From positions 1 through 64,000 of the IMG/VR virus record IMGVR_UViG_3300036945_000368: a DNA stretch of 64,000 nt. One strand, written 5' to 3'. Positions 52,826 through 61,342 of this stretch are shown here, piece by piece. Positions within the stretch are counted from its first letter, which is position 1, and each line of letters opens with the position of its first letter. A program made the translations under genes and the position numbers. The stretch is from a virus. The notes beneath the pieces were generated by a model. That model searched no databases and was not told where the DNA came from. It saw nothing but the letters and a program-made list of their open reading frames with translations.

Positions 52826-53343
52826 GATGTTGTGCTCCAATCATTATCTGAATTATAGTAATCATCAAGCTTAAGTTGGTAAAAGGCCATAACCTTCTCG
52901 GTAGTAGGTTTCATAATACCTTGTGGAGCCTTCTTAGAAGATGGTACTCCATCTAAACCTTCTAGATTACCGATGTAATGTGCAGGGTTACCAACTATAA
53001 TATCTTCGCCTAGTTTATAATTCATAAGATGAGTGTTAACAGCACCTAATGCAGTGTTACCAGAACTTGCTCCATATAAGGCTTGCTTTTCTAGAGTTCC
53101 ATCTAAAGCTATTTGCCATGAACCTCTTGCATAACCTTCTTCAGGATTTAATCCCCAAACTTGTTCACGCATCGCATATAATGCTGGATACTGATCTGCA
53201 TCGCCTAATGGGGTATAACCTATAGCTGCTTCAGCAACACCAACAGAAAATTTTCTAACCATTCTTGCTAGTCTTTGCTCAACATCTGTTGTTAGCTCTT
53301 CTAGTTGTTTAGTCAGTTCGTCAGCATTACAAGTTACTTTCAT
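52816..53343 (-). CDS. Neck protein (HK97 gp10-like)
   Basis: TP.GD, G.ARGSW, N.A.Y...LE, S.KAPQG. Confidence 0.72.
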   Translation of the reverse strand: MKVTCNADELTKQLEELTTDVEQRLARMVRKFSVGVAEAAIGYTPLGDADQYPALYAMREQVWGLNPEEGYARGSWQIALDGTLEKQALYGASSGNTALGAVNTHLMNYKLGEDIIVGNPAHYIGNLEGLDGVPSSKKAPQGIMKPTTEKVMAFYQLKLDDYYNSDNDWSTTSWQ

Positions 53344-53344
53344 A

Positions 53345-53704
53345 TCAACCCTTTGTAGCAATAAGTTTGTACAAGGTTAATTCACCGTATGCTCTGTGTT
53401 CAATTAAGCTCTGCACTTCGAATGTTTCACTACCTACTGTAATCTTATCTCTAACCGCAGGTACAAAACTTAAGGCATGATTAGCTAGATAAAATACTGC
53501 AGCACTTCTTCCAATTAAATCTGGAAAATTGTACTGATCAGTTTTTAAATGCTTCTTATACATTGTTACAGTATGTTCTGTAGTAGTATTTACTGTAGAA
53601 CCAGTTTCAATATTATAAGTACCTTCGGTAACTTGAAAGTATTGCATGGATTGACCATGCGTTTTTATCATCTTAACACTTGAAAGTAGAAACGGATTTG
53701 CCAT
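53345..53704 (-). CDS. Head closure protein
   Basis: G.YN.ETG motif; synteny. Confidence 0.65.
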   Translation of the reverse strand: MANPFLLSSVKMIKTHGQSMQYFQVTEGTYNIETGSTVNTTTEHTVTMYKKHLKTDQYNFPDLIGRSAAVFYLANHALSFVPAVRDKITVGSETFEVQSLIEHRAYGELTLYKLIATKG

Positions 53705-53712
53705 AATCAACC

Positions 53713-54117
53713 TCAAATATTAAATTGTAATGAAGGCAAACCTGTAGTGTCTTGTGAAGGAACTGCCACAATATTATTGTCAGCGTTAGCATCATTAGCT
53801 GCCATATCTGATTTACTAATACCACCAGCATAAGGCATAGCGTTAGTATAGATAGGGTTTAAATCTGGATTGCTAATATACATCTGCAAAGCTTGCATGA
53901 ATTGTTTAGCGGATGAACTACCCTTAATACTGAAGATATCTACAGTTTCATCTGGACGTAATGATAATTTCATTAACATGGATTTAGCAGCATCTAAAGA
54001 TGATCTGCGAATAGACCATTCGTTTTTATCCAGAAAATAGCGATATTCTTCGTCAGACATTATAGGGAAGTTTACATCGGTATCACCGAGTTCTATGCGT
54101 AATGCTCGAATTGTCAT
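53713..54117 (-). CDS. Head-tail adaptor
   Basis: R.ELGDTD..P.MSDEE, PYAGGIS..D; likely start MTIRALR. Confidence 0.75.
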   Translation of the reverse strand: MTIRALRIELGDTDVNFPIMSDEEYRYFLDKNEWSIRRSSLDAAKSMLMKLSLRPDETVDIFSIKGSSSAKQFMQALQMYISNPDLNPIYTNAMPYAGGISKSDMAANDANADNNIVAVPSQDTTGLPSLQFNI

Positions 54118-54136
54118 GATGTATCCTTTATAATAA

Positions 54137-54193
54137 TTTCTTCTAATAGCCCATGTAGAATGAACCATTAGAAGAAAGCCTCCCGAAGGAGGC
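54137..54193 (-). terminator. Terminator after the capsid gene followed by a second hairpin
   Basis: GCCTCC-TTCG-GGAGGC-TTT; TTTCTTCTAAT/ATTAGAAGAAA. Confidence 0.8.
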
Positions 54194-54209
54194 AATCTCG
54201 TATCTAATT

Positions 54210-55223
54210 TTAGTTAGATGTAGTGACCTTAACCACAGCGGCAGGGCGGCGAATCAAGTTTAAGAAATTGCTCTCTGTTTGAATTTGAATTTCGACATCC
54301 TTTGGATCTCTATAGGTAAATGCGTATGCTTCTTCACCTAAGGTGTTAACGTGACTGAAACGGTTAGCAGGAGAGAAATATGTCTTGAACATATCGCTTG
54401 TACCTGTAGGTAACATTACGCCTTCGCCAGCAGGGATGAGGGCTGAACCGTTGTAAGAACCACGGTATTCAATGTAAGTTACACCACCGTGTACGAAACG
54501 GCGGTATAAACCTGAACCGAGGCGTTGACGTAATGGCTCTTGTGTGCTAGTGTAATACTTGTAAGCCTCTTTAACAGTAGCGTGAGCGATTAACTTAGCG
54601 AAGAATGCTGGTGAGCAAAGAACGATTACTTCATTTACGACTTCACCAGTTAAGATGTTGTCTTGAATGTGAGCAATACCTTCTTCTGACTTAACTAAGA
54701 GGTCAGTTGTAGTAGTACCTAATACGAAGTCGATAGACTTTTGTGTAACACCGAAGTCAGTGAAGAAGTTACCAGAAACTGTACCGTTAGGAGCGTAGAT
54801 AGCGCCAGTGGTAAGAGCATAGGCACGAGCAGCTTCAAGGGTGATAGCGTGGCTAGAACGGATACGCTCTAACTTACGTGCAGTAACAGCAGCTTCGGTT
54901 TCAGCAGCGTCTGCAGAACCGTAGGCACGTTTACCTTGGATATCTTGAGGCTTAATTGCGTCATCCAATGGGAAGTGAGGGATTGGGAATGAACGGAGGT
55001 TACGTGTGTCATCACTGTTCATAGTGTTACGGGCACCGCGAACTTGGTCAGTAACGATACCTAATGTACCTTGTGTAGATTCAACTGTAACAGAGTGTTG
55101 TGAAACTGGCTCTGAAGAGAAGATGCCTAATTCATTGATTAGACCCCATTTGTTAGGAACTAGTAAAAGTTCTTGCGTGTAGTCTACTAATTCAAATGGT
55201 TTGTCAAAACTGCGTACTTGCAT
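54210..55223 (-). CDS. Major capsid protein (lambda gpE-like family)
   Basis: LGIF, F.IPHF..DD.I...DIQG.RA.G, F.HGG..F.EY, T.SN.L....RP. Confidence 0.92.
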   Translation of the reverse strand: MQVRSFDKPFELVDYTQELLLVPNKWGLINELGIFSSEPVSQHSVTVESTQGTLGIVTDQVRGARNTMNSDDTRNLRSFPIPHFPLDDAIKPQDIQGKRAYGSADAAETEAAVTARKLERIRSSHAITLEAARAYALTTGAIYAPNGTVSGNFFTDFGVTQKSIDFVLGTTTTDLLVKSEEGIAHIQDNILTGEVVNEVIVLCSPAFFAKLIAHATVKEAYKYYTSTQEPLRQRLGSGLYRRFVHGGVTYIEYRGSYNGSALIPAGEGVMLPTGTSDMFKTYFSPANRFSHVNTLGEEAYAFTYRDPKDVEIQIQTESNFLNLIRRPAAVVKVTTSN

Positions 55224-55257
55224 GTTATATTTTCCTTATTATTTGTTAAGAGTTAGA

Positions 55258-55659
55258 TTAGATTGCATCGTTGCAATTGATACCTTTAACTTCGAGAGCA
55301 GCGTATACAGCGTTCTTCTCAGCAGTTAAATCGTATGAAGCATCTAATACTAAACCAGCCTTAGATACGATAGCTGGACCTTTGATAAGGACAAGTACTT
55401 TAGTATCTGTAGCAGCGGCGATTGATTGCTCATCAATTACAATAGCGTCAGCTACTTGTGAACCGTCTGTAGCAGTTTGTACAGCGATTTTGTACTTGCC
55501 ATCGGCAGTTACTTTACCGACTACGGTGCCGGGTACATATGACTTAGCAGCAGCTTCGTTAACAGTTACAACTGCACGAGTGTAACCAGTCTCTGCCCAT
55601 AATTCTTGCTTAACTACGTTTGATAGACGTTTAGCTTCTGTTGCGAATGGATTTGCCAT
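55258..55659 (-). CDS. Head decoration protein (gpD-like)
   Basis: GTVVGKVTA.GKY....DGSQ.A; upstream of capsid gene. Confidence 0.82.
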   Translation of the reverse strand: MANPFATEAKRLSNVVKQELWAETGYTRAVVTVNEAAAKSYVPGTVVGKVTADGKYKIAVQTATDGSQVADAIVIDEQSIAAATDTKVLVLIKGPAIVSKAGLVLDASYDLTAEKNAVYAALEVKGINCNDAI

Positions 55660-55680
55660 TTTATTTTTCCTTTAAATATA

Positions 55681-56898
55681 TTATTTAGTATTTAGCTTGG
55701 CTTTTAATACTTTCGCCACAGCAGATTCTTGAACTTTAGGTTCTTCTTCTTGAGTTGAAGCACCCTTTTCAACAAACATCTCAGAGGTTTCTACAGTGGT
55801 CATCATAGCTTGCATAGCAGCTAAGAAGGCTGTGAAATCATCTTCAGATTCTAATGATAGAGCAGCCTTAGCGATTGCCTCTACTTTGCTTTCGTCTTTA
55901 ACGATAGCTTTAACTTGTTCAGTCTTTGCTTTAGCGATAGCTTCTTTTTTAGCAGCTTCGTATTCAGCAATAACTTCTAAAGCTTTTTGTAACTCAACCT
56001 TTTGCTCTTCTAGGGCCTTCTGGATAAGTTCAAATTGAGCTTTTTCTACGGTTTCGATTTTTACATCTTCGTCCATCTTAGATTTCTCCAATTCTTCTTT
56101 GTTAACAGAGGTAGATACCTCTTCTTTAATAACCTCGCATGCGGGTGAGGTATCAGTACCAGCTGCAGAAGCAGTAGGTTCGGATTCTTGAGTTAGAGAC
56201 TTTTGTACTTTACTGAGAGTACCAGCTTTGTGACCAACGACTACATCAGTAGGTTCACCATCTCTATATAGCTTAATCATTACGGCAGGATTTTCTTCAG
56301 TGCCGTTTAGAATGAATTCTGTATCAGGAACAGACATAGTGCCGTTACTTACAATTTTAGTAACTTTGCCTGTAGCTTGACCACCGCTAGAATTCCATTT
56401 CACCATATCACCAACTTTAGGTTTATAGGCTTTCTCAAGATTAGCAAAAGCTTTCTCAAGAGATTCTTGGTCATTCAGCATGGCTAGATATTCGGTTTCA
56501 TCTAATTCTGCTAATACTGTAGCTAAACTTTCTGAATCATTGGCTGATTTTAAAATCTCAAATGCTTCGAGTTTAGATTGAATATAATCTTCATAATCTG
56601 CAGTCTTAGGTTCATCAGTAGCTTCTGGCTTTTCATAGCCCATCATACGGGCAAGAACTTCTGCATCTTCATAATATACGGAAAAGAACTTACGTAGAAA
56701 ATCTGGCAACTCCATAGTTACTCGAACTTGTTGCATCTTCTGGATAAATTCTTCGCTAAATTTATTTGCTTTTAGAACCAGAGCATAATCATGGTTATTA
56801 GCAGGACCACCTTGTGACTTAGCAGTAAGGGCTACGTGAGCGCCTTCTTTTTCAAAGCTAATGTCAGAAAGTTTACGCTTTGCTTTACGTTGTGTCAT
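55681..56898 (-). CDS. Scaffolding-like head protein with an inserted Tudor-like domain
   Basis: N-terminal HVAL..QGG.AN; coiled-coil C-terminus; VGDMVKWNSSGG insert. Confidence 0.68.
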   Translation of the reverse strand: MTQRKAKRKLSDISFEKEGAHVALTAKSQGGPANNHDYALVLKANKFSEEFIQKMQQVRVTMELPDFLRKFFSVYYEDAEVLARMMGYEKPEATDEPKTADYEDYIQSKLEAFEILKSANDSESLATVLAELDETEYLAMLNDQESLEKAFANLEKAYKPKVGDMVKWNSSGGQATGKVTKIVSNGTMSVPDTEFILNGTEENPAVMIKLYRDGEPTDVVVGHKAGTLSKVQKSLTQESEPTASAAGTDTSPACEVIKEEVSTSVNKEELEKSKMDEDVKIETVEKAQFELIQKALEEQKVELQKALEVIAEYEAAKKEAIAKAKTEQVKAIVKDESKVEAIAKAALSLESEDDFTAFLAAMQAMMTTVETSEMFVEKGASTQEEEPKVQESAVAKVLKAKLNTK

Positions 56899-57698
56899 TA
56901 TTCTTCCTCTTCAATTGTTTCGACTGATGCTAAAGCACCAATACTTAAACCGTTAATATCACCGGACTTGATTAATTCCCATAGACCATCATCAAGGGAT
57001 TGCACTGTAGCTAACCAAGTGCCTTTCTTAACGAATTTATCGCCAAGAACAAAATCAGTAGGACAGCAATAACTTTCACAGAACTCAAAAGTACTTGTCT
57101 CAACTAAGTGAAACAAATTAGCCTTCATAGAATATTTATTAAAGTTATGACAGGCTTTACGAACTTCCGCTTCTGTAGTGGTATCACCGTGGGCATCAAC
57201 CTCATCAGGAACCATGACAATAAAAGTTGCTTGTTTTAATTCTTCATCAACAGATTTAGTGATACTTAATTTTTCACCTAAGATTTCGTCTTCTGAATTT
57301 AATTCTGCTTCTGTAATTTCTTTAGTATAAGATTTTACAATCTCTTCCTTCTTCAGGATAGATCGTGCCCATGCTAAACCTGCAGAACCACCCCAAAGTA
57401 ACCAAGCGACAGTTCCAGCTGTAGGACCGCCATCAGGCATTTTCTTTTTAGGTGCATAGTTGTTCTCATGGCGACTAAAGAATGAATACATGCGTTTGAC
57501 GGATTCTAGCGAAAGATTACCATTGATAATATCTCTAGCTCTGGCTACACCAGAACCTACACCAGCATCACTAGCTTGAGAGGAACTTAATCCACCTCTG
57601 TTCCATTTTTCACGTAAGGCTAAACCTCTCCGTGCATTATTTCGCATTGCATCTGTGGGAGCAAAGCTTTTAGCTTTATTAATTGTTTCCATGCTCAC
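56898..57698 (-). CDS. XkdF-like prohead protease with an extra N-terminal domain
   Basis: PDEVDAHGD, NLFH, ESY, GTWL, W..IK.G.I.GLSIG. Confidence 0.82.
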   Translation of the reverse strand: MSMETINKAKSFAPTDAMRNNARRGLALREKWNRGGLSSSQASDAGVGSGVARARDIINGNLSLESVKRMYSFFSRHENNYAPKKKMPDGGPTAGTVAWLLWGGSAGLAWARSILKKEEIVKSYTKEITEAELNSEDEILGEKLSITKSVDEELKQATFIVMVPDEVDAHGDTTTEAEVRKACHNFNKYSMKANLFHLVETSTFEFCESYCCPTDFVLGDKFVKKGTWLATVQSLDDGLWELIKSGDINGLSIGALASVETIEEEE

Positions 57699-57720
57699 CT
57701 CTTATAAGTATATAAACATA

Positions 57721-57749
57721 ATTATATCACATTTTTATTAAAAAATCAA
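57721..57749 (-). promoter_or_regulatory. Sigma70-type promoter of the head operon
   Basis: TTGATT-17-(TG)TATAAT. Confidence 0.8.
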
Positions 57750-57790
57750 GAGGAATTTATTATAATACCTCCTGATTTGATATAAAAGAG

Positions 57791-58186
57791 TTAAATAGTA
57801 CTTGCTTCAGCTTCAGGTTCTACTACAGGCTCTTCAACTGCCCAAGGCATCTTAGTAACTTCTAGATTAGCTTTAGCAACTTCTTTATCTAATACTAACT
57901 GAATATGAGCCTTAATACCTAAGATACGAGTATCAGTATTTTCAATCCAAGTTTGTACTTCAGTTTCTGTTAGAGAAGTGATAGGAATAAATAGCTTAGA
58001 TGTAGGGTCAGGTAATTGGGTAGTTTGAGGTAATTCAAAAGTCTGACCTTTTTCCTTACCTATCATAACCCACTCAACTTCTTTAACTACGTTAGTCTGT
58101 TTACCTAAGGTTGTAGTCCGTAATCCAGTTACTTTAACAGTAAAGTCTGCTGTAAAATCTGTAGGTTGTGCGGCTGCTTCAATCAT
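57791..58186 (-). CDS. Fibre-associated / fibre assembly protein
   Basis: FIP...LTE..V..W...PW; follows the fibre gene. Confidence 0.65.
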   Translation of the reverse strand: MIEAAAQPTDFTADFTVKVTGLRTTTLGKQTNVVKEVEWVMIGKEKGQTFELPQTTQLPDPTSKLFIPITSLTETEVQTWIENTDTRILGIKAHIQLVLDKEVAKANLEVTKMPWAVEEPVVEPEAEASTI

Positions 58187-61100
58187 TTGTTATCTCCAAT
58201 AAGGGTTTCAATAAGGGCTTCAAGTCTTTCAATTCGACTGCGAAGTTCTACGTTATCTTTAGCTAATTCTACGGTAGAAGCAAGAGCCGCACCGCCATAA
58301 TTAACCGCAAGTGTTTGCATATCATCTTTAGCAGTTGTAATTGCCTCAGGTAATAAGTTCTGGAAGGACTGTGCGCCTACACCAACTTGTGTAATTTGAT
58401 CACAATCAGTTCTATCATAAATACCTACCTTTACCTTAGCTAATCTGGCTACGTAATTTTTTGGCATATCTCGCCAATTAGTTTTTAAACGTTCGTCAGA
58501 ATATGCTGTGACGTTTCCAGATGCACGGATATCTGTCGATAAAGCGCACATGAATCCACCGTTTTGTAATAGGAGTAAACCGTGAGATGAGAGGTTTCCA
58601 GCAGCACCGCCAGCGTTAGGATGTGACCAAGCCATACCATATAGGTTACCAGTAGTAGTTCCATCTGCAGGAAGTTTGTAGCTATCACCCATTGCAAACA
58701 CGCCTTGGTAACGATACGAACTATATGCACCAACTACACCATTACCGTAGTTGTCGTCAATATACATGTTACCGTTAGCTCTTTGCGAACGAGCAGCATA
58801 TGCTACAGATTGAGAACTAATATTTTGACTTGAAATAGCATAAGCCCAAGATTGGAAGGTTCCACTACCTTGATAACTTCTAAACCATAAGTTGTTATCA
58901 TAATAGCTCATAGCTACTTGAAAACCGTGGTAGTTTCCTTGGTTACTATGTCGAACGTTAATTGAGTTGTACCAAGTAGCACTAGGCCAGTTTGACCCGC
59001 CGCCATCATTCTCATAGAAACCACTATTTTGCCAAGAGTTAGCGTTGTTGTGGCTCGCAATAAAACTGCCACCATTAAACCAAGATGGTCTGTCTGACAG
59101 TGTAGTCACACTCTGTGTATGGCTTGCAGAGGCAGCGTAGCTCGTGTAATTTCCTGCATGTAACACTTGGTTACCGTTGTCGTAAATTCCAACAGCACGT
59201 AAAGGTTTACTACCATTTGCTCCCGTGCCAATTCTCACTTCGGAACCTCTTACATAAACCAATTCAAGAGGGTCGTTAGCATCTCCGCTATTCAAGGTGT
59301 CAAAGTAACCGTTGTTACCCTGAATACCATATGCAGTATTGCCACTTGGGTAAAGATTGGTAAAGTTGAGGTTTCCGCTTAGCGTTCCTCCGCTCAAAGG
59401 CAGTGCATAAGAGCTGTAATTCTGGTTAGTTAGTACTCGGTTCCACGTTTGCCACGAAGCACCGTTCCAGCCACCACGGAAGATTAAATCATTGCCTGCA
59501 TGACTGATATAAACTTGCGCTTGCGCAGAAGATTGTGCTGAGAGATTTAATAATAGTCCGTACTGATAACCTGCCGCAGTAGGGCCACTAGTAGTAGAAG
59601 CAAAATTAGATGTATCTATCTGCTCGACTGTGTTTGGATATGAATTACCAAGACTATTCCAGTCAGCACTGCCAGAGGCATAACCAATGGAGCGCAGGTA
59701 CGTGTTATTTAAATAACCTGCGTAGTTGTCACTAGCAAGCAGCGTTTTCCAACCAGTCCAAGCATTTCCACTGGACACGTTGTAGTTACCAAATCTAACC
59801 TGTAAGCTGTCGCCACCGTTACTTGGGCCATAGGGGACATACATCTGCAAAGACCCGCCACCACCTGAGTAGGTACGCATAGTCATTACAGAACCGTAAT
59901 TCTGCCAAGCTCCTTCACCAGCCGCAGGTCCAACAAACGCAGCCTGAAGCCCCGCGCTGTAACTTGTCGGTAGTGTGCTTTGAGACCAGACGTAGCTACC
60001 CAATGCCGCAAGCAATGGAGTAGAAGTTGCAGTTGTAGCTGCTCCAGCAGTTAAACTAGCCGCTGTACCTGTAAGCCCTGTGCCGGGTCCAATGTGGTTA
60101 GTCGCTGTTATTGACCCGCTCAACGTGCCACCACTTAAAGGTAAGGCGTAGGAGCTGTAGTTGCCCGCGTGCAGAATTGCGTTACCGCCCAGCTCACCAG
60201 ATGAGCTACCCGTCAGCCTCAAACCGCCTTGGCTCGTGTAGCCTCCACGCCAAGTCAGGACAAAAGGAACTTTAGCCCCACCAGCAGCGTCTGACGTCAG
60301 TGGAGCTTCCCAGCTATTGATTGAGCTGTCTGAGAAAATCCAACCCGTGTTGTACGTTCCAGAACCAGCGCCTCTGAAGTTAATTGCCGACGCATTGTTA
60401 AGGCCGATATAACTGGCATTGCCGCCACTCAAAGGCAGGTAGCTAGATAAAGCAGCACTAGTAATATATCCATTAGGATTACCACTGCTATAAGGAGTAT
60501 AACCTAATGCTGTGGTAATCTGACTTGAAGTAATGCCAGTTAAATAAGTGCTAGTGTCTAATGTCCATGTATCAGCAGCTGTTTTCTTTAAGAAACCAGA
60601 AGTACCACCAAGACCTGCAATAGCAGTTAAATCGCCATCTTGAGGTTGGTAGCTAGTTGTATCTAAAGCCCAAGTATTTAAGGCTGTTTTCTTTAAGATA
60701 CCTGCTGTGCCACTTAGTCCAGCGATAGAAGTTAAGTCAGCGTCTACTGGTTGATAAGTAGATGCAGCATTTGTTGTAGTAAGATAAGTATTTGTATCTA
60801 AGGACCATGTATTAGCAGCTGTTTTAGTCAAGATACCAGACGTACCTGTAAGCCCACCAATGGCTGTTAAGTCAGCGTCAATAGGTTGGTAGCCACTTAG
60901 ATTAATAGCTCCCCATGAAGCCGTAGAACCATCTGTAGTGAGGTATTTACCTGTGTTACCTGTCTGATCTGGTAAACCGCTGGCGCTACCATTTGCAACG
61001 GATGTAATGCGACCATCAGCACCTACAGTAATGTTTGCATTAGTATAACTGCCTGCAGTAGCTCCTGTAGAGCTAAGAGTAGTCGTAATATTACCTGTAC

Positions 61101-61293
61101 CAGAACCAGTAATAGCTCCAGTCAGATTAATAGTTTGTAAACCTGATTGGAAATAATCAATAGTGTTATCTACTTTTTTGTAGAAGAGTTTACCATCGTT
61201 GTAGTTAAGCGCTAACTCACCGTAGTCAACATCACCCGCGACAGGAACCTTGCTAGGTACTGATGAGCGTTTTAGGGAAATCTTATTTGCCAT
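58183..61293 (-). CDS. Long fibre / receptor-binding protein with S74 chaperone
   Basis: LKRS...GELALN N-terminus; DADLT repeats; LPLSGG modules; YSDERLKTN. Confidence 0.85.
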   Translation of the reverse strand: MANKISLKRSSVPSKVPVAGDVDYGELALNYNDGKLFYKKVDNTIDYFQSGLQTINLTGAITGSGTGNITTTLSSTGATAGSYTNANITVGADGRITSVANGSASGLPDQTGNTGKYLTTDGSTASWGAINLSGYQPIDADLTAIGGLTGTSGILTKTAANTWSLDTNTYLTTTNAASTYQPVDADLTSIAGLSGTAGILKKTALNTWALDTTSYQPQDGDLTAIAGLGGTSGFLKKTAADTWTLDTSTYLTGITSSQITTALGYTPYSSGNPNGYITSAALSSYLPLSGGNASYIGLNNASAINFRGAGSGTYNTGWIFSDSSINSWEAPLTSDAAGGAKVPFVLTWRGGYTSQGGLRLTGSSSGELGGNAILHAGNYSSYALPLSGGTLSGSITATNHIGPGTGLTGTAASLTAGAATTATSTPLLAALGSYVWSQSTLPTSYSAGLQAAFVGPAAGEGAWQNYGSVMTMRTYSGGGGSLQMYVPYGPSNGGDSLQVRFGNYNVSSGNAWTGWKTLLASDNYAGYLNNTYLRSIGYASGSADWNSLGNSYPNTVEQIDTSNFASTTSGPTAAGYQYGLLLNLSAQSSAQAQVYISHAGNDLIFRGGWNGASWQTWNRVLTNQNYSSYALPLSGGTLSGNLNFTNLYPSGNTAYGIQGNNGYFDTLNSGDANDPLELVYVRGSEVRIGTGANGSKPLRAVGIYDNGNQVLHAGNYTSYAASASHTQSVTTLSDRPSWFNGGSFIASHNNANSWQNSGFYENDGGGSNWPSATWYNSINVRHSNQGNYHGFQVAMSYYDNNLWFRSYQGSGTFQSWAYAISSQNISSQSVAYAARSQRANGNMYIDDNYGNGVVGAYSSYRYQGVFAMGDSYKLPADGTTTGNLYGMAWSHPNAGGAAGNLSSHGLLLLQNGGFMCALSTDIRASGNVTAYSDERLKTNWRDMPKNYVARLAKVKVGIYDRTDCDQITQVGVGAQSFQNLLPEAITTAKDDMQTLAVNYGGAALASTVELAKDNVELRSRIERLEALIETLIGDNK

Positions 61294-61316
61294 TTTGATC
61301 CTTAATAAAGGTAATA

Positions 61317-61336
61317 AGGGCGGTAAAAACCGCCCT
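61317..61336. terminator. Intergenic hairpin
   Basis: AGGGCGGT-aaaa-ACCGCCCT. Confidence 0.6.
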
Positions 61337-61342
61337 GTTTAA

